Source of the DNA: the human T2T-CHM13v2.0 reference genome, Homo sapiens
DNA: 64,000 nt
NCBI RefSeq assembly: GCF_009914755.1
Contig: NC_060926.1
Strand: one strand, 5' to 3'
The translations under genes were made by a program, and so were the position numbers. A model generated the notes under the pieces. That model had not been told where the DNA came from. It saw only the letters and a list, made by a program, of their open reading frames with translations, and did not search any database. Shown here piece after piece: positions 17,786-34,879 of this stretch; position 1 is the stretch's first letter; every line of letters starts with the position of its first letter.

Positions 17786-19529
17786 AATACATGATCTCCA
17801 AGACAGGCTTCAGATCTCAGTTCTGTGTTCTGTGTCCTAAATGAAAACAGCAGCGAGCTTCTGGAAGGAGAATCTGGCCTTCCCCCAGAAGGAATGAAAA
17901 AAGACACATTTCAGTTTAAAGGAGCTTCCATAGCATCACTGCCCTTGAGAAAAGACTCCCTTCCAGCCCTGCTTTCCAGGACCCTCCAGCTGCCACCAAA
18001 CCCCATGCCTCTGGCTTCCTTCATGCCTTACCAAGGCCCATAATGAGACAAACGTGAAATAGTTGAGGTGATCTAGAGACATCTTCTGCACCCCCCACCC
18101 CCCACCATGGCCCACCATCCCATCTCACCAGCCTCTCCAGTTTTTAGAAGAAAGGTTTCATTACTGAGAGCAGCCAGGAGCTCAGAGAACCTCCTGATTG
18201 ACGCTGTCAGTTAGATGAAGAGCTCTTGTGGCAGAAACTGCCTTTTTTTCATTAAGTTTGAAAACATGCCCAGGGGCTAGTCTGTGATCTGCTCATCAAT
18301 AAATGGAAATATACTGATAGACTCAAATTCATGCCAGGCTTTTGTTGATAAAGGATGGATACCTTGTCAGTTTCCTGCCCCAAATAAGAATTTCTAAAAA
18401 TCCCTGTTGTCACTCAACTGCAGCCTGAGATCTGAGGGGAAGGGAGGCAGGGAGACATCAGCTTTGTTGTGAGGCTCTCCTCTGGGTGGGTCATCACTGT
18501 GATCACAGCCTCCAATCTGTGGGATGGAAACTTGTTCCCTTAAACACAGAGGTCTACCATCTCTGATTCTTTCTGGGACCATCAGGGGAACTGGCCCCTG
18601 AGGAGGAATGCTGGCAGAGTTCTGAGCACATTACCAGTGACTCAGACATGAGGGATCTCCTTAACACAGCCTCCAGGGGCTTCAGGAGGGTTGAGGAATG
18701 GTAGGAATTGGATTTACCAGAATTCCCAAATGCCTGTGCAGACAGGCTTCAGGACAAGAGGTAGTCATAGCTGCAGGACTAGGGTACAATGAAAAGAGAA
18801 AACAGAAAAGTGAGAAAGAGTAGAGGGGAGAAAAGAAAATAACTACTCAGAAAGCTAGGCAGGAAGTCACTTAACCTGCCTTAAGACATAAGAAAAAAAA
18901 AGAGTTCTACCTTCTGCCATCAAAAACAAGAGAGATCACAAATAAAAACTTTTTTTAAAAAAAGAGCAACCACCAGAATTGCCATCAAGCAAGCTTAAGA
19001 GCTCTAACCTGCAGGTTTTCAACAATTAACTTTTAAAGTGATTGTTCAACAATCCACCCTTATGTCACTACGTGAGGGTAATGTCAATATTGGCAGGCAT
19101 TTCCTAAAATTCTAGCTGTGCAGAGACAATACCATTAGCCGAATGCCTGGGCCATAGGGATGAGGGTAGAGGGTAGGGGGTGCATTCTCACATGGTTTGG
19201 CAGGAGATGTTTATTTTCTTGCTTTTTTTTTTTTTTGGCTTCTTATCACCAGGCTTTGTCCTTTTCCTTGCCATGTAGCATTGCCTGTCACTGAATTGAG
19301 AAATTACCTCTGCAGCCTCTTGGGGTAGCTTTACAGAGAGGCTCACTGGGCAGTGGTAACCGGCCAGGTGGTATCCCTGAGTGCCTGACTCCTGTTCTTC
19401 TCAGTGTCCTTTTGCCTAGGAATTGTATACCTCTACTGGTGTCCAGTTAAACAACATTTTATGTTACTTCTGTAACCTTTTCATCATTTCACCCCCTTAT
19501 CATCATTCTATTCAAGTTATAAAGAGCCA

Positions 19530-20290
19530 ATCTTCATTCATTCGCTTTTCAGCTAAAATTTGTGAATCATTTACCATGAGCCACAGTCCCTGCACCCCGT
19601 GTGGATATGGAAGAGGAAAAACAAGGACAAAACAGAAGGAACAGGCACCATGGAGAGCATCCTCCTAAGATCAGAAGGTCAGGGGAAGCTGGACCCAGGA
19701 GGAAAAGCTTGAGATGTACCTGAAAAGAGAAGGAGTAAGCAGGTGAAAAATGTGTGCAGCAAGAGAAGGAGAACTGTGATCAAAGGCCCAGAGAGCAGAG
19801 AAGCAGAACATGATGCATCTGAGGAGCAATCATAGCAACAAATTATATTAACAGAGTACTCACTGTATGTCAGACACTGTGGTAAGCACATTATAGATAT
19901 TATTTTATTTGATGCTCACAACAAACCTAAGAAGTATGTAGTATTATTGTCTTATTTTCAGATAAAACATTACAACGGTTAATTTCTCAATGTCAGGCAG
20001 CCATTAAGTAGGATTTGAACAGTAGCTCTGCCTCCAAAACCCATAGACTGCTACCTTCTCAGACATTAGAGGCTTAGTTAGAGTGCAGGCTATGATAGGG
20101 AAGGTGACTGGTGTTAGATATAAGAGTTAACAGGTCACAGGAGGCTTGCATGCATACTAAGGGGTTTGGACATTGTTCAGTAATCATTCAAGAGCCATGA
20201 TGGATTTAGGCAGAAACAAGAGATGATTAGATTTGGGAAAATTACTGTGGTAGCAAGGCAAAAAATCAGGTTAGTGAAAGAGGATGGGAA
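19530..20290 (-). mobile_element. L2 fragment with a nested MIR
   Basis: ttcattcattc start; later aaggggtttggacattgttcagtaatc...gagccatgatggatttaggcag. Confidence 0.55.
19835..20050 (-). mobile_element. MIR
   Basis: cactgtatgtcagacactgtggtaagcacatta...ctcacaacaaacctaagaagt...ttttcagataaa. Confidence 0.75.
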
Positions 20291-20419
20291 AATTATCTCT
20301 TTAACATTCACTCCAAAGAAACCCTTTTTGGCTAATCTCCATAAGCTCCCCTAGCCGCCACAACACACACAAATGAAAATAGAGAAAAGGCACACACAAA
20401 AATTAATTACAAAGAATAC

Positions 20420-22345
20420 TACAGACTTTGCTTCTAGCCAGATTGAGTAAAAGGAATTGAATTTATCCACCTGCCTGAAACAATTAAAAAAGCAGACAAC
20501 ATATGTGAAAAGCTGAATTTCAAAACATTTGACATCAGGCCTGAAGGCCAGTGATGCCTGGGAGATGTGAAACAAGTGAGCTGAGTCCTATGATTGTCCC
20601 AACTTACTGCCTGGAGACAGTTTCCAGGTCCTGATGCAAGGAGGGGGACCCACATAGAGCACAGTGGTCTCTCTGAGATGAGAAGTGAAGCTGGTGGTCC
20701 TGGACATAGCTAGAGTTTACAGGGCAGAGTGCCAGAAAAGAGGGAGCTACCCAGAGAAAGAGAAAATTCTGGAGACCTAAAGAAGGTTCGCCTCAAGAGT
20801 TAAGTTGACTACTGATCAGCTCAAGTGTGAGAAGAAACTAATCAAGACCAGAGGAAAAAAATCATTTAAAAGAATTAGAAGTAAAAAGAAATAGCATCCC
20901 TTCCACCAGCCGGAGTACAAAAGCCTCATATTTGTACCAAGAAGAGTTTTGCCTCAGTAGTGGGAAAAAATAAACTGCTCGGATCCTGCCTAAAAAAGCA
21001 AAGAAGCAAGACCTGAAAGGCTCAAGCTGTTTCCAAGTAATTTAACAATGTTCCAGAACAAAACACAAAAATATGTATAGAAACACAAGACTATATAACA
21101 CCTAACAAGGTAAAATTCACAATACCTGGTATCCAATTAAAATGACCAGGTATGCCAAGAAGCAGAAAAATATGACCATAATTAGAAGAAACATCAATAA
21201 ATTGAAATTGACCCAGAATTTACACAGGTGATACAATTAGTAGACAAAAACATTAAGAGAATTATTTAAATTATATTACATATGTTCAAGAAGGTAAAGG
21301 AATACTTGAGTCTATTAATTGAGACATGAAAGATATAAATAAGGCCCAAATCAACCTTCTAAAGACAACCTGCAGTGTCCAAGATGAAACATATAGTAGA
21401 TAAGATTAAGAATAAATTGGACACTGCAAAAGAAAACAGAAGTAAACTTAAAGAAATAGCAATAGAAACTTTCCAAAATGGGAAAAAGTATAATAGAGAG
21501 TATGTGAGCTGTGGGACAACTACAAGAGGCTTAATATGTTACTGGAGTCTTTGAAGAGGGGAAGACAAAAATAATATTTGAACAAATTCTGGCTGAGAAA
21601 CTTCCAAATTTGTTGAAATTATAAACCTGCAGCTCTAAGAAGCTCAACAAACTCCAAGCACAAAAAACCTTGAAGAAAATTACATGAAAGCACATCATAA
21701 TCAAATTTATTAAACCCCAGTAATAAAGAGAAAAACCTTAAAGGCAGCCAAAGTAAAACACACACACACATTACCTACAGAGAGAAAAGATCGGAATAGA
21801 GGCAGGTATTTCTTTGGAAATAATGCAAGCTAGAGCACCTCTATAGTACTAAATAGAGGAAAAATTGTTAACATAGAATTCTTTACCCTGTGAAAATCAC
21901 TTTCACAATAAAGGCAAAATAACATTTTTTTCAGCCATATGAAAGCTAAAAGAATTCATTATCAGCAAATCTGCATTGTAAAAAATATTAAAGGAAGTAC
22001 TTTAAGCAGAAGGAAAATGAAAGCAGATGTAAATCTGAATTGACACAAAGAAATGAAGAGAAATAAATAGAAATGTTATCTAAATGGGTAAATATAGATT
22101 TTGAATTACTTACAATTATTTACTTATTTCAATTACTTACAAGATAATTGACTATTTAAAGGAAATATAATAAAAAATCTATTGTAGGTTTTATAATACA
22201 CATTAAAGTAGATTTATGATAAGAATAGTGCAAAGGACAGGAGGAGAAAAATGGAAATACATGGTTGTAAATTCCATATATTACACCTAAAATGTTATAA
22301 TATCATTTGATGGCAGACTATTATAAATTAGTATATGTACTATAA
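20420..22345 (+). mobile_element. Old L1M (L1MC/MD-like) 5' UTR, ORF1 and start of the inter-ORF spacer
   Basis: ORF1-like motifs (gagctgtgggacaactacaagagg, aaacttccaaatttgttgaaa, gaagctcaacaaactccaagc, gaaagctaaaagaattcatt). Confidence 0.8.
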
Positions 22346-23311
22346 TTTGGGTATGGATTCATGTTCACAGAAGAGACAGTTTCATGGAGAAAGCCCATTG
22401 GAGTGTAGAAGCAGCCAAGGTTCATGATGCAGACAAGGTTCATGGAGAGGTGTCTACAATGTACAATATGACTGGAACTATTTTTTTCCTCCATCCTTCA
22501 CTTGTATGTCTGACTCCCAAGCATGGTTCACTGGGATTTGGAAATGGGAGGGGTCCCCACAAAACAGCACCTTGAAATGTCATCATTACACCACCAAACA
22601 TTCTTCCAGGTTATCTTTTTTCCTCCTTGATTAAAATGGGGTAATTTGTTATATGATTATATAAATTGCTTTTCTATTTTATGGCTTAAATCTGATTACA
22701 TGTGTACTTCATCTTTTTATCATATTTCTTTGATTTTAAGTTTTCTCCCTTTGGAAAGGTAGGGAGCCAAAAAATCTGTCTTGTCATACGTTATCTCAAG
22801 GGAGTAAAATCTCTCAAGAAGGTTTTCTGGGGACATCTGTATTGTTTGGCTGATTTCAACAGTCCAGTTATCAAAAAAATGATAGAAGATCTTGGGATGG
22901 ACCTAACCCTGGTGCCGTGATGTTGTTTGTTCATTTGTTTGTTTGTTTGTTTTCCAATGCCAAGCACCGGGGGCAACAGTACAACAATTTTAATAAAGCT
23001 GGACACAGCTAGTGGCTGCTGCTCTCCCCAGCAAGACGACAACGTGTAGGTTAGATCTTTGATTCAGATCCAATCCCTGACCTCATCCTGGGCGGGTGAA
23101 GTATTTCCTTGAAACAATAACCTTTTCACGGAGCAGCTACCAGAATATCCAGAAGCAATGCCTCAAGGAGGGGCCTATGCAGCTAAGACAGGGATTCTGT
23201 GCCATTGCTCATGGCCTGGAGAGGTCCAGAACAACGGTGTTTACATTGACACAAGTGTTTTCCTCTTGATAGACAGAATTGGCTAGACTGCTGGGTCAGG
23301 TGCTAGGTTGT

Positions 23312-24240
23312 AGAGTGCTGTGTATTCCTCTATTGTTGGATGCAGGGGTCTAGAAAGGTCAATTATGTCAAGTTAATTGGTAGTGTTATTTAAGTCTTCT
23401 ATATTTTTACTGATTTTCTTTCTATTTGTTCTATCTGTTATTCAGAAGATGATAAGGAATCCCTCATAACACTTGTGTATTTGTTTATTTATCCTTATAG
23501 TTATATCAGTTTTTGCTGCAAGTGTTTGAAAATTTGATTTGGTGCATAAATGTTTAATATTGTTACATCCTATTGGTTCATAGACTCCTTTATCATTATA
23601 AAATGATCCTCTTTAATCCTGTAATATTTTTTGCTCTGAAAACTGCTTAGTCTGATATTATAATATAGCCACTCCAGCTTTCTTTAGATTGGTGTTAGCA
23701 TGGCATATAGTTTTTCTATCAATTTACTTACATAATACCTTATTTGTGTCTTGGTATGTAATGTTATCATTGATATGGTTGGACTTATATCTACCATCTT
23801 TCTACTTAATTTCTTTTTTATTTCAAATTTTATTTTAGATAGGGGGTACATGTGCAGATTTGTTACATGGAAGTATTGCATGATGCTGAAGTTTGGAATA
23901 CAGACGCTGTCACCCTGGTACTGAGCATAGCACCTGCTACATATTTTTTTAACTCACAGCCCTCCACCCTCTAGTAGTCCATAGTGTCTACCATTCCCAT
24001 ATTTATGTCCATGTGTGCTCAGTGCTTAGCTCCCACTTATAAGTGAGAACAGGAAGCATTTGGTTTTCTGCTTCTGCATTGATTTGCTTATCTACTTGTT
24101 TTCTGTTTGAATTGCCTATTTTAGTTTTCTTTTTTCACTTTTTCTGCTTTCTTTGGATTGATATTTCAACGATTTCATTCTAACTCTATTTTTTATGATT
24201 AGCTACATTTCTTTGCTTGGTTATTTTAATGGTTGCCCAG
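23312..24240 (-). mobile_element. Continuation of the same L1M (rest of spacer and ORF2 endonuclease), inverted
   Basis: Reverse strand reads ggcaaccattaaaataacc...aagatggtagatataagtccaaccatatcaatgataacatta, then degenerate EN sequence. Confidence 0.75.
23808..24090 (-). mobile_element. L1PA15/16-like 3' end
   Basis: gggggtacatgtgcagatttgttacatgg...gctcccacttataagtgagaac; TSD tctactt at 23801-23807 and 24091-24097. Confidence 0.85.
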
Positions 24241-24249
24241 CTAGCCGAT

Positions 24250-24360
24250 GTGACCATTTTGATTAATTTAATGGTTCAACTATTTTAAAAGTCAGTTGCA
24301 CACTATAAATATATACAATTTCTATTTGTCAGTTAGACCTTAATAAAGTTGGGGAAAAGT
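24250..24360 (+). mobile_element. L1M 3'-terminal remnant
   Basis: ttgcacactataaatatatacaatttctatttgtcagttagaccttaataaag. Confidence 0.55.
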
Positions 24361-24700
24361 AAATGATAAAAAAGAAGATACTCAATCATGTTGGTGAAAA
24401 GAAAGTGAACTGGAAATGTCTCTATATTAACAGTTCTGGAATCCTGAACTAGAATCCACACTATGTTGAAAATATCTTGTCTAGATGTCTGTGCATATAA
24501 AAACTTAAACATGGCAGGCATGCAAGATGGCCAAATAGGAACAACTCCAGTCTACAGCTCCCAGCATGAGCAATGCAGAAGATGGGTGATTTCTGCATTT
24601 CCGACTGAGGTACCGATTTCATCTCACTGGGGAGTGTCGGACAGTGGGTGCAGGACAGTGGGTGCAGTGCACCAAGTGTGAGCTGAAGCAGGGCGAGGCA

Positions 24701-24964
24701 TCACCTCAACCAGGAAGCGCAAGGGGTCAGGGAATTCCCTTTCCTAGTCAAAGAAAGGGGTGACAGACCGCACCTGGAAAATCGGGTCACTCCCACCCTA
24801 ATTTTGCACTTTTCCAACGGTCTTAGCAAACGGCACACCAGGAGATTATACCCTGCATGTGGCTGAGAGGGTCCTATGCCCATGGAGCCTCGCTCATTGC
24901 TAGCGCAGAAGTCTGAGATCAAACTGCAAGGCAGCAGTGAGGATGGGGGAGGGGCTCCCACCAT
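24701..24964 (-). CDS. L1 antisense ORF0 homolog, 87 aa, open reading frame (expression unknown)
   Basis: MVGAPPPSSLLPCSLISDFCASNERGS...IRVGVTRFSRC aligns with primate L1 ORF0 (MAGAPPPASLPPCSLISDCCASNQRDS...). Confidence 0.6.
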   Translation of the reverse strand: MVGAPPPSSLLPCSLISDFCASNERGSMGIGPSQPHAGYNLLVCRLLRPLEKCKIRVGVTRFSRCGLSPLSLTRKGNSLTPCASWLR

Positions 24965-25539
24965 TACCGAGGCTTGAGTAGGTAAACAAAGTGGCCAGGA
25001 AGCTCGAACTGGGTGCAGCCCATCGCAGCTCAAGGAGGCCTGCCTGCCTCTATAGACTCCACCTCTGGGGGCAGGGCATAGCCAAACAAAAGGCAGCAGA
25101 AACCTCTGCAGACTTAAATGTCCCTGTCTGACAGCTTTGAAGACAGCAGTGGTTCTCCCAGCACGCAGCTTGAGATCTGAGAATGGACAGACTGCCTCCT
25201 CAAGTGGGTCCCTAACACCCAAGTAGCCTAACTGGGAGGCACCCCCCAGTAGGGGCAGACTGACACCTCACACGGCTGGGTACTCCTCTGAGACAAAACT
25301 TCCAGAGGAACGATCAGGCAGCAACATTTGCTGTTCACCAATATCTGCTGTTCTGCAGCCTCCGCTGCTGATACCCAGGCAAACACGGTCTGGAGTAGAC
25401 CTCCAGCAAACTCCAACAGACCTGCAGCTGAGGGTCCTGACTGTTAGAAGGAAAACTAACAAACAGAAAGGATATCCACACCAAAACCCCATCTGTACGT
25501 CACCATCATCAAAGACCAAAGGTAGATAAAACCACAAAG

Positions 25540-26556
25540 ATTGGGAAAAAACAGAGCAGAAAAACTGGAAACTCTAAAAATCAGAGTCCCTCTCCTCCTC
25601 CAAAGGAACGCAGCTCCTCACCAGCAATAGAACAAAGCTGGACGGAGAATGACTTTGATGAGTTGAGAGAAGAAGGCTTCAGACAATCAAACTACTCCAA
25701 GCTAAAGGAGGAAGTTCGAACCCATGGCAAAGAAGTTAAAAACCTGGAAAAAAATTAGACAAATGGCTAACTAGAATAACCAATGCAGAGAAGTCCTTAA
25801 AGGACCTGATGGAGCTGAAAACCATGGCACAAGAACTACATGGTGAATGCACAAGCCTCAGTAGCCAATTTGATCAACTGGAAGAAATGGTATCAGTGAT
25901 GGAGGATCAAATGAATGAAATGAAGCAAGAAGAGAAGTTTACAGAAAAAAGAATAAAAAGAAACCAACAAAGCCTCCAAGAAATATGGGACTATGTGAAA
26001 AGACCAAATCTACGTCTGACTGGTGTTCCTGAAAGTGACGGGGAGAATGGAACCAAGTTGGAAAACACTCTGCAGGATATTATCCAGGAGAACTTCCCCA
26101 ATCTAGCAAGGCTGGCCAACATTCAAATTCAAGAAATACAAAGAACACCACAAAGATACTCCTCAAGAAGAGCAACCCCAAGACACATAATTCTCAGATT
26201 CACCAAAGTTGAAATGAAGGAAAAAATGTTAAGGGCAGCCAGAGAGAAAGGTCAGGTTACCCACAAAGGGAAGCCTGTCAGACTAACAGCTGATCTGTCG
26301 GCAGAAACTCTACAAGCCAGAAGACAGTAGGGGTCAATATTCAACATTCTTAAAGAGAAAGAATTTTCAAGCCAGAATTTCATATCCAGCCAAACTAAGC
26401 TTCATAAGTGAAGGAGAAATAAAATCCTTTACAGACAAACAAATGCTGAGAGATTTTGTCACCACCGGGCCTGCCCTAAAAGAGCTCCTGAAGGAAGCAC
26501 TAAACATGGAAAGGAACAACCAGTACCAGCCACTGCAAAAACATGCCAAATTGTAA
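25540..26556 (+). pseudogene. L1 ORF1p, disrupted
   Basis: ATG replaced by ATT at 25540; frameshift near 25750; premature TAG 26328-26330; fragment 25809-26330 matches ORF1p (QSLQEIWDYVKRPNLRL, REKG). Confidence 0.92.
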
Positions 26557-26619
26557 AGACCACCGAGGCTAGAAAAAAACTGCATCAACTAACGAGCAAA
26601 ATAACCAGATAACATCATA

Positions 26620-30189
<3,570 letters not shown>

Positions 30190-30514
30190 ACAATGAGAAC
30201 ACATGGACACAGGAAGGGGAACATCACACACTGGGGCCTGTTGTGGGGTGGGGGAAGTGGGGAGGGATAGCATTAGGAGATATACCTAATGTTAAATGAC
30301 GAGTTAATGGGTGCAGCACACCAACATGGCACATGTATACATATGTAACAAACCTGCACGTGGTGCACATGTACCCTAAAACTTAAAGTATAATTTAAAA
30401 AATAAGACTTCAACGTAATTAAATTCCACTTAGTAGCCAACTTACCCTAGGCAAAGAAGAGCTGTTAATGAGTTTGAGTTGATGATTAGGAGATGAATGT
30501 GAAGGATACAATCA

Positions 30515-30745
30515 CCAATTAATGAGTAAGAGACCTACTATGTGTCCAGCACTGAGTATTATACACATCATGTACGGAATCCACACCACAACCCTATGTG
30601 GTAGTTGGTATTATCCAGTTTTAAAGATACATAAAGTAAGACCCAGATGACAAGTTAACAGAATAAGTTTTACTGGGTAACAGAAAAAGCAAACAGGGGA
30701 GAAGGCACCAGAACCCAGGTCTGTCTGATCTAAAGTCCATGTACA
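30515..30745 (-). mobile_element. MIR
   Basis: acctactatgtgtccagcactg...acaaccctatg...gaacccaggtctgtctgatctaaagtccatg. Confidence 0.7.
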
Positions 30746-30794
30746 GACTACAGCACAGATGGCCTTGAGATCCGGGACAATTGTTGGAAATGCT

Positions 30795-30897
30795 GTGTGT
30801 GGTCCCCAGCATATAGCACAGTATCTGTCTGGTACCAGAAAAGTGCTCAATAAGTATTTGCTGAATGAGTGAATAATCAAATAAATAAATAAATGAG
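30795..30897 (+). mobile_element. L2 3' end
   Basis: tccccagcatatagcacagt...gtgctcaataagtatttgctgaatgagtgaat. Confidence 0.7.
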
Positions 30898-31398
30898 AAG
30901 TAGGAATAAAGAACAAGATAGAGATGTGAAAACAAGGTGGACTTAAATACTGCCACCTCATGAGGGTGTCACGTGCTGATCCTATGAATAACCAGTCACA
31001 GAGGTATCTCCTTTTATAAAATGCTTTCCCACCTCCTCAAACTCAACCTTGGCACAACACACAACTTTTTTGGGGGGACTGTCATTCCTTTCCCTTCCCT
31101 AGAAAAAAATTTCTGCATTTCTAATCTACTAAGGAGCCAATAAGGCCCACTTTCTCTTCCTTAACTCAACATTGGGATGAATTCCACTAATGATGGCTTA
31201 GCTGAAACAAATAGCAACTTTTCAGACATTAGAAACTAGCTCTCAATATTAACAAGTTAAGGGCATCTATAGCCATATATACTGGGTCTGTTCTATACCA
31301 GCTGAAAGAAGACAATTGTATATGGGACCCTGTTTTAGTTCAGGTCTAAACTCATTAGGACTTCTTGATGAGGAGGCAGAACTACTTAAACAGAATGA

Positions 31399-31737
<339 letters not shown>

Positions 31738-33389
31738 TGATTCTTAAAAGGTGATGTGAATTTGTAGAGCAAGAAAGTCAACAATAGTATTGCCCCAATG
31801 TTGTCACAGAGTCTAAAACAGGATCCCTGGCAGAGCACAGGATTCCTTTCATCCAGTAACCAGGAGGAGGGTGGGACCTAAGACTCATTCCAGCCTGGCA
31901 GGGTATTTCAGGCCTTCAAGATAAGGGTGTGGGCACAAGCTAGAAATCAGACATCAAACGAGACCAGTCAGGTTGTTGGGCTTCCCGGTGTGGGTCCTCT
32001 GTCTCCTTTCTAGGCTCTTGTCTGTATTCTCCAGATTAGACACAGGCCATAATCCATGTTCATGGAGAGTCTAGGACTGTAACACTAGTTGCTAGAGCTA
32101 TTATGAACTAGGCTCTCAGTGCATAAGGATGACCCACCTGTCCAATTAGGTGCTCCACTTTGCCCTTGATTACAGCAAGAAGACTCAGAGCTACAAACAA
32201 GGTTATTATTTTTAATAAAATAGTAATCATCTCTTACATTTGAAGAGTGCTTTACATCTTACAAAGCACTTTCATTTCCATTATCTCATGGACAAGGCCA
32301 AACAGGCCTGACAGCAGGGCAAATAAAGCAAAACAAGAACTTTTTTTAAAAACAGCCACCTTGAGTGCAAATGCTGAAAATCCAAGAATAAAAGAAAATA
32401 GAAAATTAGAAACATAAACCTATAACCATACCAAAGAGGAGAAAAACAAGAGGATCAAGAACCTATAGAGCAAAGCAGAATACAAATTGAAGCAATCAAT
32501 ATGAATCACAAGAAAACCAAAGCTACAGATCCAAATCTAAACCACGCTGGCTAGTTCTAAAATAACCACTTAAGTCTCTGAATACAGGAACAATGCAACT
32601 TCTCTGAGATAAATCATTGACGCTAATTACCTGCAAAGATTTGGTGAACACAGATTCTTCGTTTTACTTAGGTAGCAAGACAGTGTAAAAAGAAATCTTA
32701 ACTCAAGCAGAGTGTTCATTCCTGGCATTGTTTTTCTAATTCCGATCTAAGTTTAAAATGAAGTGTCTCTATACCGGTACACAGTTAGTACATGCACTCC
32801 ATCCCAGTCAACAACCCTCACTGAGGACCTACCTACATTGCACACTGCTGGGCCCATCCTGGAACCTTATCTCAATAAAGTACTATACAACTGCACAAGT
32901 TGATTGCTGTTTTATTAAACATACAACCTCATTTGTAGCTCTGAGTTCTCTTGCTGGGATCAAGAGCAGAGTGGAGGACTTGGTTAGACTGGGTCATCTT
33001 CGTGGACTGGCAACACTCATCCTGGTGGCATCTCTGAAGGCCACCAACTCACAAAAATGTTCATGCTAGGACACTTGTGCTCTCCACAGTGAAAAAAATT
33101 AAAAGTTAAGTTTAATTAGTTCAGATAAAATGAGAAACAGGGAAGGATGGAGATTAATCAAAAGTCAAATTATTTGACTATTATGTAGAAAATATTTGTA
33201 TTAGTCAGGGTATATTCAATAAATTTAAACAGGCTATCACCCCACGGTTTGTTGATGTCCTTCAGTGCTCTCTCTAACAAAGAAATAAGAATGGTCTGTA
33301 ATAGTCTTATTAATATTCGTCCATGTGGCCTTCTAATATTCTCAAGAATAGTTGGCCCTCTAAAGCTGACAGAGCATTTTTTGTTGTTG

Positions 33390-33515
33390 AGTTTGTTTGA
33401 ACAGTGTGCAGTTTCCTCGTTTGTAAAGAGTTCACCTTATAGAACCATTTAAAGATTAAATGAGATAATGTGTCTAAAACAACTATCTCAGCTCCTGGCA
33501 CATGTTCTATACCAA
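33390..33515 (+). mobile_element. MIR fragment
   Basis: cagtttcctcgtttgtaaa...aagattaaatgagataatg...cctggcaca. Confidence 0.6.
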
Positions 33516-34270
33516 GGAAATATTACCCTTTTTGTTTTCTTTGAGAACTCTGTTTTTGGCCCGAAACAAAATATCAGTTTCCATGTTGCAGGTCTAGATC
33601 ATCACAAATTATAAATTAGTGGAAAGCCAAAGAAGGAAGTGTGTATAGTTATTCACGCCTCAGTTCATTTCTTTTGCCTGTGTTTGTGGCTACACATTTA
33701 GTTCTGTCGTGCATTTTCATAAAACTTCAGGCTCCTCTGGGTCAATAATTTTATTGCCTACTTCTTTCATAATTCCCTTTGAAAATCTAGTGTACTTTGT
33801 TCTTGGAAAGTACTCAATTACTTTATCAGGTATATTTAACAATATGTGCCTATATACAACTACATTCCATGTGATCTGTAGTCATTGGGGAATGAGCTAC
33901 CCATACTTGTAAATATCTCTGATAACTCAACCCTACTTTATTTTTAATATTCTTTGGAATATTGTGACAACTTTAGATGGAGACGTTTCTATCATTCTAT
34001 ACATTTCCTTACCTTTTTATACCTACAGGTTTACCTTTTATATACCATTTTATATACCATGTGTATCTTGATCTATTTGATTGCTCAAGAACAAGAATTT
34101 AGTGTTCCAGGATTAGTCTATAGCATAGCTATGCCATCATGAATGCTGACAATGGAGGGTCTTCTGCACAAATATTTCATCCTGCAAGCAATAACTATGA
34201 GCTTTAGCCCATGGACTTGAAAAGATGTACTTGAACAGCTCTTTTTGCATATTTTATGGCTTTTAGTCAT

Positions 34271-34733
34271 TGTGATGGTTATCATATGTCAACTTGACTG
34301 AGCCATGGAGCGCTCAGACATTTGGTCAAATATAATTCTGGGTGTGTCTGTAAGGATGTTTCTGGATGAAATTAACATTTGAGTCAGTAGACTGAGTAAA
34401 GCAAAATACCATTCCTAATGTGAGTGGACCTCATCCAATCAATTGAAGATCTAAATAGAACAAAAGGCTAAGTAAGAAAGAACTTCTTCTGCCTGACTGC
34501 TTGAGCTAGACATGGGTCTTTTCCTCCCTTTAGACTCAAACTGAAAAATCAACTCTTCTTAGGTCTTGAGCCTGCTGGCTTTTGGCCTGGAACTTACACC
34601 ATCCATTCCACTGGGCCTCCAGCTTGCCACCTGCAAATCTTGGGGCTTCTCAGCCTCCATAATTGCATGAGTCAATTCTATAGTTAGTTAGATGGGTGGA
34701 TGGATGGACGGATGGATGAATAGAGAGATAGAT

Positions 34734-34779
<46 letters not shown>

Positions 34780-34866
34780 CAGACAGACGGATAGATAGAC
34801 AGATAGATGGATGATACATAGATAGATCCTGTTGGTTCTATTTATTTGAGAACCCTGACTAATATA
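34271..34866 (+). mobile_element. MLT2-family (ERVL) solo LTR
   Basis: tgtgatggtta..tgtcaacttgactg start, gagaaccctgactaatata end; 5-bp TSD gtcat/atcat. Confidence 0.9.
34690..34827 (+). repeat. Compound (GGAT)/(GATA)11/(GACA) microsatellite inside the LTR
   Basis: Perfect (GATA)11 at 34734-34777 with degenerate flanks. Confidence 0.95.
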
Positions 34867-34879
34867 ATCATGTATACCC

